This document shows positions 1 to 9,417 of a DNA stretch of 64,000 bases, one piece after another. Position 1 is the stretch's first letter, and every line of letters starts with the position of its first letter. The notes beneath the pieces were generated by a model. It saw only the letters and a list, made by a program, of their open reading frames with translations, was not told the DNA's origin and made no database searches. The translations under genes were made by a program, and so were the position numbers. The DNA lies in assembly GCA_016235455.1 (NCBI GenBank), contig JACRKZ010000069.1, positions 27,913-91,912 on the forward strand, read 5' to 3'. The stretch is from Armatimonadota bacterium (GTDB lineage: Bacteria; Armatimonadota; UBA10988).

Positions 1-157
1 GCCGCGGGCCGTGCCGCCGCCGGCGCGGGCGCGCGCCACATTCCGACCTACACCATCAAGTAGGACCTCTCGGTTCGCTGGCGAAACAGAGGCCCAGGCT
101 GACCACGGTCGGCCTGGGCCTCGCCTGTTGCGGGGCCCGCTGGAGGGTACCCGCGAC

Positions 158-1591
158 ATGGCAACGACACGGCGAGACTTCATCGGTACCGGCGCGCTGG
201 CCTCACTGGCCTTCTGGTCGGGTGGACGTGCCTCGGCTCAAGCGGCCGACGCCAAGGACAAGCTCAAGGTGGCCCACGTCGGTGTGGGCGGCAAGGGCGG
301 CAGCGACACCATCGACCTGGCCAACGGCAACATCACCCTCGCGCTGTGCGACATCGACAAGGGCCGCCTGGCCTCAATGGCCAAGGAGCTCGAGGCGCGG
401 GGTCAGAAGGACTTCAAGCTCTACACCGACTACCGCCGCATGTTCGACGAGGTCAAGGGCCTCGACGCCGTCACGGTCAGCACGCCCGACCATCACCACG
501 CGCCGGCGGGCATGAGGGCCCTGGTGCGCGACATCGCGGTGTTCGTGCAGAAGCCGTTCGCCCACAGCATCTACGAGACGCGGCTGATGACCCTCACCGC
601 GCGGCAGCGCAAGCTGGCCAGCCAGATGGGCAACCAGGGCACCTCGGCCGCGCGGCTGCGCGAAGCTGTCGAGGTCGTCCAGTCGGGCGCCATCGGCAAG
701 GTGCATGAACTGCACGTCTGGACCAACCGGCCTATCTGGCCGCAAGGCATCGATCGGCCCGCCGGCGAAGACCCGATCCCCGACAGCATCGACTGGGAGT
801 GCTGGATCGGACCAGCGCCCATGCGGCCGTACAAGGCCGGCGTCTACCACGACTTCAAGTGGCGCGGCTGGTTCGATTTCGGTACCGGCGCGCTCGGCGA
901 CATGGCCTGCCACACGCTGAACATGCCGTTCTGGGCGCTCGAACTCGGCTACCCGACCCGCTTCTGGCGCGAGGACAGCGGCGAACGCCATCTCGAGACC
1001 TTCCCCAAGTGGTCCGTGCTCAAGTATGAGTTCCCCGAGCGCCGCAGCCGGCACACGGGCGAGACGCTGCCGCCGGTCAGCATGACCTGGTATGACGGCG
1101 ACGACGCCAACATGCACCAGCCGCCCAAGGACCTGTTCCCCAACGGCCAGGTGCCGCGCACGGGCGCGCTGCTCATCGGCGACAAGGGCGTCATGGTCTC
1201 CCCCGGCGACAGCGGCAACGAGTACACGCTCTTCCCCGAGGCCCAGTTCAAGGACTACGAGCCGCCCAAGCCGTGGATCGCGCGCTCGCCCGGCCACATG
1301 CGCGAGTTCGTTGACGCGGTCAAGGGCGGCCCGCCTGCAGCCAGCAACTTCGAGTACTCCGGATTCCTCTCGGAGGTCGTGCTGGCCGGCTGTCTGTCCC
1401 TGCACTCGGACAAGAAGATCGAGTGGGACGGTCCGAACATGGTCGCCCGCAACGCGCCCGAGCTGGCTCACTACATCGACACGCCCTACCGGCCCGGCTG
1501 GGAGCTGGTCGGTCGCGAGTTGCTCGATAACCAGCTCGCCGCGGCTGCGACGACCATCGAGCGCACCATGTCGAGCTACACCATCCGGTAG
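158..1591 (+). CDS. Gfo/Idh/MocA family oxidoreductase with Tat signal peptide
   Basis: Start trimmed to ATG 158 behind GGAGG. TRRDFI twin-arginine leader, HVGVGGKG Rossmann motif, VSTPDHHH, VFVQKP, DWECWIGPAP and WRGWFDFGTGALGDMACH motifs. Confidence 0.9.
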   Translation: MATTRRDFIGTGALASLAFWSGGRASAQAADAKDKLKVAHVGVGGKGGSDTIDLANGNITLALCDIDKGRLASMAKELEARGQKDFKLYTDYRRMFDEVKGLDAVTVSTPDHHHAPAGMRALVRDIAVFVQKPFAHSIYETRLMTLTARQRKLASQMGNQGTSAARLREAVEVVQSGAIGKVHELHVWTNRPIWPQGIDRPAGEDPIPDSIDWECWIGPAPMRPYKAGVYHDFKWRGWFDFGTGALGDMACHTLNMPFWALELGYPTRFWREDSGERHLETFPKWSVLKYEFPERRSRHTGETLPPVSMTWYDGDDANMHQPPKDLFPNGQVPRTGALLIGDKGVMVSPGDSGNEYTLFPEAQFKDYEPPKPWIARSPGHMREFVDAVKGGPPAASNFEYSGFLSEVVLAGCLSLHSDKKIEWDGPNMVARNAPELAHYIDTPYRPGWELVGRELLDNQLAAAATTIERTMSSYTIR

Positions 1592-1671
1592 GACGCGCTG
1601 GTTGACCGGCGAATAGCAGGCCTGGGCTGACGTTGCGTTGGCCCAGGCCTGTTGTGTTGGGAGGGACGATC

Positions 1672-4600
1672 ATGCCCGAGCCAAGGTATCTGATGACGTT
1701 GCTGCTCGTCGTGACGTGCCTGCGCGCCGAGGTGCTGGATCTGTCGGGTACCTGGCGCTTCCGCCTCGACCCCGACCGCATCGGCATGGTCGAGGGCCTG
1801 CCCGACAGCATTCGGCTACCGGGCTCCACCGATGAGGCAGGCTTCGGTACGAAGAACCCCAAGACCGAGACCTTCGCCCACCTGCACCGCAAGTGGGAGT
1901 ACGTCGGACCGGCCTGGTATGAGCGCGACATCGACGTACCTGCCCGCTTTCGCGGCAAGCGCGTCACGCTGTTCCTCGAACGCTGCCACTGGGAAACGCG
2001 TGCTTGGCTCGACGGACGGCCGCTGGGCATGCGCGACAGCCTGTGCACGCCGCATGTCTATGACCTGGGCACGACGCTGGCGCCCGGGCGGCACCGGCTG
2101 GCCATTCGCGTCGACAACACCATCAAGTACAACGTCGGTGGCTGGGCGCACTCGATCACCGACGAGACGCAGACCAACTGGAACGGCATCATCGGGCGGT
2201 TGGAGTTGCGCACCAGTGACCCGGTCTGGATCGCCGACGCGCAGGCCTATCCCGATGTGCTCGCGCGCGCGCTGCGGTTCACCATCACCGTGGGCAACGC
2301 CACCGGCAAGCCGGTCAGCGGCACGGTGGCGGACCGGGCCTTCACCTGCCCCGGTGAGTCGGTGACCGTGGAGACCAAGCAGCCGTTGCCCGTCGGCGTC
2401 AAGGTCTACGACGAGTTCAGCCGGGCGGCCGGCTCGGTCAAGGTGGACCTGGTGGCCGGCGCGTACCGCGACCAGCAGGTCGTGCCCTATGGGCTGCGGT
2501 TTGTCGAGGTCAAGGACAAACGGCTGATGCTCAACGATCGGCCGCACTTCCTGCGCGGCACGCTGGAGTGCTGCATCTTCCCGCGGACGGGCTACCCGGC
2601 GACCGACCTGGCCAGTTGGCGCCGCATCATGGCCGTTTGCCGCGACTATGGCCTCAACCACCTGCGCTTCCACAGTTGGTGCCCGCCCGAGGCGGCCTTT
2701 GCCGCGGCCGATGAGCAGGGCTTCCTGCTCCAGATCGAGCTACCCCAATGGGTGGGCAACTGCGGCAAGGAGCCACCGCGCGACGCCTTCATCAGCAATG
2801 AACTGCGCCGCATCCTGGACACTTACGGCAATCACCCGTCGTTCGGCATGTTGTGCATGGGCAACGAACTCGGCGGCGACGTCGACTTCCTCGACGGGCT
2901 GGTCAAGCTGGGCAAGGCGCTGGACCGGCGCCATCTCTACACCACGTCCACCGCCTGGTCACACGGGCCAAGTAACGACTACAACGTCAGCGTGGTGCGC
3001 GGCCTGCGCGGCGCCAAGACCGACCATGACTTCCGCGCCGAAGACGCCAAGGTCACTATACCCACCGTCAGCCACGAGATCGGCCAGTGGATGGTCTTCC
3101 CCAACTTGGCCGAGATCCCCAAGTACACCGGCGCGCTGGCGCCGCGCAACTTCGAGGCGGTACGCGACCAGATGACCAAGAACGGCCTGCTGGACCAGGC
3201 CGACACCTTCGTCCAGGCCTCGGGCCGGCTCTCCGCGCTGCTCTACAAGGAGGAGATGGAGGTCCTGCTGCGCACGCCCGGTCACGGCGGTTTCCAGTTG
3301 CTCGATCTGCATGACTTCCCCGGCCAGTGGACGTCGCTGGTCGGCATCCTCGACGCCTTCTGGGACTCCAAGGGGGTCATTACCCCGGCCGCATGGCGCC
3401 GCTTCTGCTCGCCCAGCGTGCCGCTGCTGCGACTGCCCAAGCGCGTCTATGGCAACCAGGACACGTTGACCGCCGCCGCCGAGTTGGCCCACTTCGGCCC
3501 CAGCGACCTCAAGGCGGCCAAGGCCACCTGGCGCGCGGTGGACGATGCTGGCCGCGTGGTGGGCCAGGGCGCCTTCGAGCCGCACGATCTGCCCACCGGC
3601 CAGCTGTCGCCGCTGGGCACGATAATACTTGACCTCAAGCCAGTTAGTGAGCCGAGCAAGCTACGCCTGGAGGTGGCGGTGCCGGAGGCCGGAGCGGTCA
3701 ACGATTGGAACGTCTGGGTCTACCCCGCCGTGGAAGCCGACAAGCCCAGCGACGCGCTCCTGGCCACCACCTGGGAAGAGGCCAAGACCGGACTGGCGGC
3801 CGGCCGCAAGGTGCTGCTCATGGCCGGCGGCTGCCTGCGAGAGCCGGTCAGCACGCGCCTCGAAGTGCCGTTCTGGAATCCGCTGATGTTCAAGGGCCAG
3901 CCGCACACCTTCGGCCAGGTCATCGACCCGAAGCATCCAGCGCTGGCGCTGTTCCCCAGCGAGATGCACAACGACTGGCAGTGGTCCGACGTGCTCGCCG
4001 GCGCGCGGTCCATGGTCATCGACAGCCTGCCGCGCGAATGTCGGCCCATCATCGCCTCGATCGACTGCCTCGACAGCAACCGACGGCTGGCTAACGTGCT
4101 TGAGGCTAAGGTCGGCGAAGGCCGCCTCCTGGTTGTCAGCTACGATCTGCGGCGCAATCTGGACCAGCGGCCGGCGGCGCGGGCGCTGCGCCGCAGCTTG
4201 CTGGCCTACATGGCGGGCCCGGCCTTCGCGCCGCGCGTGGCGCTGACGAACGCGCAGTTGGAAACCGTGTTTGGCCCCAACCTGCTGACCGTCGTGCCCG
4301 GCGCGCCGACCGAGGGCGTGCAGCTGAGCGTGCGCGCCGCGGTCAACAACCCGCAGAAGGCGGCCAACCTGGACTGGGAACCCAAGCTGGACAAGGTCGA
4401 GCGACGCGAGGCCGGGTTCGACTACAAGGTCATCCAGGGCGCCACCTGGCTCGATGACACCGGTTCGTCGTGGCACCACACCGACGAAGTGAAGCTGCAG
4501 GTGACCTGCCCCAAGGGTTTTGCCGGTCGGCTGTACCTGTTCCTGTGGGACTGGAACAGCCTCAACCGGGCCGCGGCGATCCGCTACGAGGGGCGAACGC

Positions 4601-4764
4601 TGGGCACGCTCGACGAGTATGATGGCGCGGGCAAGTGGGTCATGATGCCGGTCACGGCCGCCGACTCCGCCGATGGCGTGCTCGACATCGCGGCGCAGGC
4701 GCAGGCGGGCAACGTCATGGTGAGCGCTCTGTCGCTGTCAAGCGACACAGCGCCCGCCAAGTGA
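1672..4764 (+). CDS. Secreted glycoside hydrolase family 2 (beta-galactosidase-like) with extra C-terminal domain
   Basis: DLSGTWRFRLD, YVGPAWYERDI, LFLERCHW, NWNGIIG, GLNHLRFHSWCPP and NHPSFGMLCMGNEL (acid/base NE) motifs, SHEIGQW. Signal-like N-terminus. Start at 1672 or 1693. Confidence 0.85.
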   Translation: MPEPRYLMTLLLVVTCLRAEVLDLSGTWRFRLDPDRIGMVEGLPDSIRLPGSTDEAGFGTKNPKTETFAHLHRKWEYVGPAWYERDIDVPARFRGKRVTLFLERCHWETRAWLDGRPLGMRDSLCTPHVYDLGTTLAPGRHRLAIRVDNTIKYNVGGWAHSITDETQTNWNGIIGRLELRTSDPVWIADAQAYPDVLARALRFTITVGNATGKPVSGTVADRAFTCPGESVTVETKQPLPVGVKVYDEFSRAAGSVKVDLVAGAYRDQQVVPYGLRFVEVKDKRLMLNDRPHFLRGTLECCIFPRTGYPATDLASWRRIMAVCRDYGLNHLRFHSWCPPEAAFAAADEQGFLLQIELPQWVGNCGKEPPRDAFISNELRRILDTYGNHPSFGMLCMGNELGGDVDFLDGLVKLGKALDRRHLYTTSTAWSHGPSNDYNVSVVRGLRGAKTDHDFRAEDAKVTIPTVSHEIGQWMVFPNLAEIPKYTGALAPRNFEAVRDQMTKNGLLDQADTFVQASGRLSALLYKEEMEVLLRTPGHGGFQLLDLHDFPGQWTSLVGILDAFWDSKGVITPAAWRRFCSPSVPLLRLPKRVYGNQDTLTAAAELAHFGPSDLKAAKATWRAVDDAGRVVGQGAFEPHDLPTGQLSPLGTIILDLKPVSEPSKLRLEVAVPEAGAVNDWNVWVYPAVEADKPSDALLATTWEEAKTGLAAGRKVLLMAGGCLREPVSTRLEVPFWNPLMFKGQPHTFGQVIDPKHPALALFPSEMHNDWQWSDVLAGARSMVIDSLPRECRPIIASIDCLDSNRRLANVLEAKVGEGRLLVVSYDLRRNLDQRPAARALRRSLLAYMAGPAFAPRVALTNAQLETVFGPNLLTVVPGAPTEGVQLSVRAAVNNPQKAANLDWEPKLDKVERREAGFDYKVIQGATWLDDTGSSWHHTDEVKLQVTCPKGFAGRLYLFLWDWNSLNRAAAIRYEGRTLGTLDEYDGAGKWVMMPVTAADSADGVLDIAAQAQAGNVMVSALSLSSDTAPAK

Positions 4765-4771
4765 GGTGAGG

Positions 4772-5920
4772 ATGAGCAGCTTGTTGGACCCCTGGCTGGC
4801 GCGCGCCGTGGAGCGCGCGGGCACTGACCTGCACCTCGACCCCCTGGCCGAGGGCGCTGTGGTGCGCCTGCGCATCGACGGCGCGCTGGGCGAGATCGCT
4901 CGGCTGTCGGCCGACGAGACCGCCGCCGCGGGCGCCGAACTGGCGCAGCGCCTGGGGCTGGCCGAGGGCGCGCTGCTGGGCGCTGGCCGGTTCCGTGTCG
5001 ACCTTGGCGGGCGCAGCCTGGAGGTGCGCGGCAGTCTGGCGCCGACGCTGCATGGCCCGCGCTACTGCCTGCGCCTGGTGGACCGCGAGCAGGCGCTGGT
5101 GCCGTGGGACACGCTCTTCCATCGCCCGGCCAACAGCGCCGCCGCGCGCCGCCTGCTGCGCCGGCCGCACGGGCTGATCGTTGTCGCCGGGCCCGCCGGC
5201 TCGGGCAAGACGACGGTCGCCGCGCGGCTGCTGGACGAGTTGGCCGGCGTACGCCTCAATGCCATGAGCGTCGAAGACCCCATCGAGTTCGACCTGGACT
5301 GGGTGGCCCAGGCCTCGGTCGACCGCGACCGTGGCCTGACCCATCAGAGCCTGCTGCGCGCGGCGCTGGGCCAGGACCCGGACGTGCTGATGATCAGCGA
5401 TCTGCCCGACGAGGAGACGGCACGGTTGGCGGTGGAGGCAACCACTTCGGGCCATCTGGTCATCGTCTGCGTGCCGGCCAACGACGGCCTCTCGGCGTTG
5501 GCCTGGCTGCGCGAGATGGGCGTGCCGGCGTGGTCGCTGGGCGCGGCGTTCGTCGGCGCGGTGGGCGTGCGGCTGGTGCGGCGCGTCTGCCACGACTGCG
5601 CGGTGCAGGTGCCGCCCAAGTCGGCCAGCGCCATGATGGCGCTCGGCCTCGACGGCGAGCTGGATCTGGTGACCATGGGCGACGGCTGCGACTCGTGCGA
5701 CGGCACGGGCTACCACGGGCGCGTGCCGCTGGTGGAACTGATCGAAGCCACCCAGGCGCTGAGCGACGCGGTCGGCCGCGATGCGCCGCGCGACGTGCTG
5801 GAAGAACTGGCCTTCAGCCCCAACCTGCCGCCATTCCGCCAGCAGGCGGCGGAACTGGTGACCCGCGCGCTGACCACGCCCGAGGAGGCCTACCGGGCGC
5901 TGTACAGCGTGCTGGGGTAG
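4772..5920 (+). CDS. GspE/PilB-family secretion ATPase homolog with degenerate motifs
   Basis: DLHLDP, VRLRIDG, Walker A GPAGSGKTT, Asp box SVEDPIEF, QDPDVLMI, GHLV, tetra-Cys CHDC...CDSC and TGYHGR. Lacks the N1 domain. Confidence 0.85.
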   Translation: MSSLLDPWLARAVERAGTDLHLDPLAEGAVVRLRIDGALGEIARLSADETAAAGAELAQRLGLAEGALLGAGRFRVDLGGRSLEVRGSLAPTLHGPRYCLRLVDREQALVPWDTLFHRPANSAAARRLLRRPHGLIVVAGPAGSGKTTVAARLLDELAGVRLNAMSVEDPIEFDLDWVAQASVDRDRGLTHQSLLRAALGQDPDVLMISDLPDEETARLAVEATTSGHLVIVCVPANDGLSALAWLREMGVPAWSLGAAFVGAVGVRLVRRVCHDCAVQVPPKSASAMMALGLDGELDLVTMGDGCDSCDGTGYHGRVPLVELIEATQALSDAVGRDAPRDVLEELAFSPNLPPFRQQAAELVTRALTTPEEAYRALYSVLG

Positions 5921-5927
5921 GGGCGTG

Positions 5928-8900
5928 TCAGCGCGTCACGCGCACCTCGGCCAACCACTTCCGCCGCAGGTACTCCTCGACGCCCAGTCGGTCGGCGTCG
6001 CTCAGCTTGGTATCGAAGGCGATGAACTCAGCCACCGATCCCTCCCACAGCGTGTGCGTGCGGCGAATGGCTCGGCTGGACGGCGTCGCCAGCTCGAACG
6101 TCACCTGGCGCCAGTCGAGCGGCGCCGGCGTGGCGTAGGGGTCCACGAGCTGGCCGTCGAGCCACGCGCGGCCGTCGCGGAAGGGCTTGTCCACCTGAGC
6201 CAACTCAGGCTTGCCGCGCAAGTCGCCCAGGTAGGCGTCCACACCCTCCCACGGCCCCGTGCCCAGCTTCGACAGGTCGTGATCGCGGTAGACCATGAAC
6301 ACGGTCTGGTAGCCGGCGATGCCGGCCTGCATGTCCTCCACCCAGATCCACTGCCAACTGGCGGTCTCGCGGCCGTTGAGCGAGTTGGGCTCGGCGATGA
6401 CGAAGGCGCCGGGGGTGAACCCGCCGCTGGGCTTGGCGCGCCAGCCCAGCAGCGAGCTGCGCGGCCATTGCGGGCTGTCTTCCTTGCCGTCGCCATCGAA
6501 ATCGGCCGCATCGAGCCAGCAAAGAAGCTTGCTGCCGGTCACCTTGTCTGGCGCCAATGGCGTCGTCGTCGGCAGCGGATCGGCCGCGATGCTCACGCCA
6601 ACGCGGTTGAAGCTGACAGCGCCGCTCTCCTCGCGTTGCGCCGCCACCCAGTACTGGCCGGGCCGGGGCGGAACGAACGACGCGCCGACATGGATGGGGC
6701 GGCTGGCGTCTTCGTGACGCGCCGTGTAGCGCAAGTCGAAGTGTCCGCCATCGGGGCCGACGCCGTCCGCAATCAGCCGGCCGCGGTCGCAGGTGCCTTG
6801 CCACACCGCTTCACCCAGCAGGTCGTGCGAGCTGAGCCCGCGCTTGGTGCTGCCGCGCAGGGCCAGGCGAGCGCCCGGTGTGCCGTCGTGGTCGCAGTCG
6901 ATCTTGAAGGTCACCGGCTTCTCGGTCCGGCCCTTGACGTAAGCGTCCAGCCGCACCCATGAGCCATGGTCGTTGTGCTCGCGGTTGCGCTCCTTGTCCA
7001 CGTCCGATCCATTGGCCCAGAACCCGTCGACATTGGCGATGACGGCGCCCGTCGCTTCGACCACTTGGCCGTCAGCCGTGGTGAACACGCCTTCGTAGAC
7101 GCCGCGCGGCGCGCGTGCGATGTAGCCCGGGTAGTCGCGGTCGTACCACAAGTAGCGCCAGCCCGGCTGCGCATCGCCGATGCGCACGGCCTGGCCGGCC
7201 GCCTCGAAGCGCGGACGAGCCAGCGTGAAGGCCGGCTCGTCACGCACGGTGGCGCTCAGTTCCACCGCCGACTGGTTGGCATCCCTGACTACCACGTGGT
7301 ATGCGCCCGGCGGCAGGAACATGCGCTCCGCGCCGGCCGGGGCGTCGGTCCAGGTGTAGCTGTAGGGCGCCCGCCCGCCGGCGACCCGCAGGTGGATCTC
7401 GCCGTTGTTCTCGCCGGTCGATGCGGCCAGATGGTCGATCTCGGCGGCCAGAGGTTCCGTCGGCCTGGCCAGCTTCAGCTCGCCGCGCTTCTCGGCGCCC
7501 GAAGCATGGCGCACCACGTAGCTGTATTCGCCATCGCGCAGGCCGCGCACCGACGGGCCGCTCGCCCCGCTTGACCAACGACAGGCAACCTGCTTGAGGT
7601 CGGCGCCGCCGATGCGCAGGTCCACCTGCCAGCGGCCGTCGGTGCAGGTGCTGCGCGCGTCCACGGTCATCGTGGTGGGCCGCTCCAACGTCCATGCTGC
7701 GCTGGCCGAGCGGCACTCGCTATCGACAACGACGAGCGTACCCCGACCGGCGTCGAGTCCCGTGGCCGTGGCCTTGTCGCCACCGCATGACCAGGTGTAG
7801 GTGTATGGCGGCACGCCGCCGCGAACCTGTGCCGTCAACCGGCCATCGTTCACACCCAGCACGCTCAGGTTCCGCGTCTGCACTGCGACGGTCAGGGGCG
7901 CCGCGGCCGAAGTCGGCTTGGGGTTGGTGATGCGCCAGCGCCGTTCGGCGCGCGGGTACCGCGAGAACGGCGGGTCTTCGCGTACGTACGGCGACCGGTC
8001 AATCAGCGAGTACACGAGCTCATACTCGGCCAGGGCGCCCAGATCCACGTCGATCTCGTCGCGGCCTTGGGCGATGACCTTGCCGTTGAGACGCCATTCG
8101 GTCTGCTGAGTGTCAGGCACCGGGTGGACGCGCGCCACACCAAAGCGCGCCTTGCCGGGCGTGGCCAGCACCAGGTCCGCACGCGAGGGCACCGCGCTAT
8201 CGATGGGGTCCACATAGTCGTAGTGGCTGAGCACCGCCTGCTGCGTGCACAAAGCGCAGAGCGTGTCGCCGAACTGGTTGACGCCCATGGAGCAGACCGG
8301 CGTCGTGCGGAAGATGCCCGACGGTCGGTGGACGCCGCCCTCGAACAGGCCGGTCTTGCGCAGATTCTCGCGGTTGTACGGCGTGGGCACGGGTGTGGTC
8401 GGCGCGATCCAGGCCTTCCACGGCACGCGGTCGCGCTGCCAGAACAGCGTCGTGTTGCTGGACTCGTCGGCCCTGCCCCACATGCCCCAACCGATGTACT
8501 TGTCGCCCAGTTTCATGGCGGTGTGGCTGAACTCGTGGAAGAACGGCGGGATGTTGTTGCCCTCGATGAGGGCATCACCGACTCGCTGGTCGAGCAGCAG
8601 TCCCGCGCCGCCGCCACCGCCGCGCGAGTTGACCCAGGCCAGGTGCGTCACCCAGCCGCGACCGTCGCGCCGCCAGGGCAGGAAGAGCCGGTCTCGCACC
8701 AACTCGTTGTAGACCGCCCAATGGCAGGCCGACTGGCCCTTATCATAGGCAGGCGGATCCCAGGGCGGCGTGCTGGGCCACCACAGGGCGTAGACGTTGT
8801 AGAACGGCTTGTAGTTGGCGAACGGGCGCTGCGTCTTGTCGCCGTCGAGGGCGAAGGCCGGGTCGATGCAGTCGTGCACATCCTTGAGGAACGTCTCGCG

Positions 8901-9392
8901 CATCGCCGGCTTGTTGTACGGGTTCGTCTCGTCCTTGCGCCAGCGGTTGATGATCACGATGTTGATGCGGTTGTCTTTGTCGCCGCTGATCTGGATGGGG
9001 ATCAGCTCGGCTTCGCCGGCGACGATGCCGTCGAAGCGGTTGGCCGGCGGCGTGTGTGCGCTGACCGGCGCCGACGGCGCGCGCAGGGCAACGCGGCTCG
9101 TTTTGTCGCGCACATGGGCCACGAACGTGTAGTCCGTGCTCGGCTTGAGGCCCGCGCAGCGGTAGTCGGGCGATGCTTGCCAGCCGCTTTCCGCGGCTCC
9201 GCCGGCGGTACAGACGAAGTTGTACTCCGCCGCGTCGCCGAGTGCCTGGGCCGACATGACCACGGCAGTGCTCAGCGGGGCACGCGGCGGCGCGGCCCAG
9301 GCCAACGGGTCTGCACCGACGAACGTGGCATCGGCCGCGGCCAGTGTGCAGGACAGAAGGAGTACGGCACTACCCAGCGCAAGGTGCGTCAT
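5928..9392 (-). CDS. Secreted M64-like (IgA peptidase type) metallopeptidase with SprB-like repeats and C-terminal beta-sandwich domain
   Basis: Signal peptide from ATG 9392. GDKDNRINIVI, HEFSHTAMKLGD zinc motif, GLFEGG..GIFR...CSM. Repeats GGVPPYTYTWS and GGRAPYSYTWT. WLDAAD domain at the C-terminus. Confidence 0.7.
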   Translation of the reverse strand: MTHLALGSAVLLLSCTLAAADATFVGADPLAWAAPPRAPLSTAVVMSAQALGDAAEYNFVCTAGGAAESGWQASPDYRCAGLKPSTDYTFVAHVRDKTSRVALRAPSAPVSAHTPPANRFDGIVAGEAELIPIQISGDKDNRINIVIINRWRKDETNPYNKPAMRETFLKDVHDCIDPAFALDGDKTQRPFANYKPFYNVYALWWPSTPPWDPPAYDKGQSACHWAVYNELVRDRLFLPWRRDGRGWVTHLAWVNSRGGGGGAGLLLDQRVGDALIEGNNIPPFFHEFSHTAMKLGDKYIGWGMWGRADESSNTTLFWQRDRVPWKAWIAPTTPVPTPYNRENLRKTGLFEGGVHRPSGIFRTTPVCSMGVNQFGDTLCALCTQQAVLSHYDYVDPIDSAVPSRADLVLATPGKARFGVARVHPVPDTQQTEWRLNGKVIAQGRDEIDVDLGALAEYELVYSLIDRSPYVREDPPFSRYPRAERRWRITNPKPTSAAAPLTVAVQTRNLSVLGVNDGRLTAQVRGGVPPYTYTWSCGGDKATATGLDAGRGTLVVVDSECRSASAAWTLERPTTMTVDARSTCTDGRWQVDLRIGGADLKQVACRWSSGASGPSVRGLRDGEYSYVVRHASGAEKRGELKLARPTEPLAAEIDHLAASTGENNGEIHLRVAGGRAPYSYTWTDAPAGAERMFLPPGAYHVVVRDANQSAVELSATVRDEPAFTLARPRFEAAGQAVRIGDAQPGWRYLWYDRDYPGYIARAPRGVYEGVFTTADGQVVEATGAVIANVDGFWANGSDVDKERNREHNDHGSWVRLDAYVKGRTEKPVTFKIDCDHDGTPGARLALRGSTKRGLSSHDLLGEAVWQGTCDRGRLIADGVGPDGGHFDLRYTARHEDASRPIHVGASFVPPRPGQYWVAAQREESGAVSFNRVGVSIAADPLPTTTPLAPDKVTGSKLLCWLDAADFDGDGKEDSPQWPRSSLLGWRAKPSGGFTPGAFVIAEPNSLNGRETASWQWIWVEDMQAGIAGYQTVFMVYRDHDLSKLGTGPWEGVDAYLGDLRGKPELAQVDKPFRDGRAWLDGQLVDPYATPAPLDWRQVTFELATPSSRAIRRTHTLWEGSVAEFIAFDTKLSDADRLGVEEYLRRKWLAEVRVTR

Positions 9393-9417
9393 TCTGTCGC
9401 TCCCAGGGGCGACTTCG

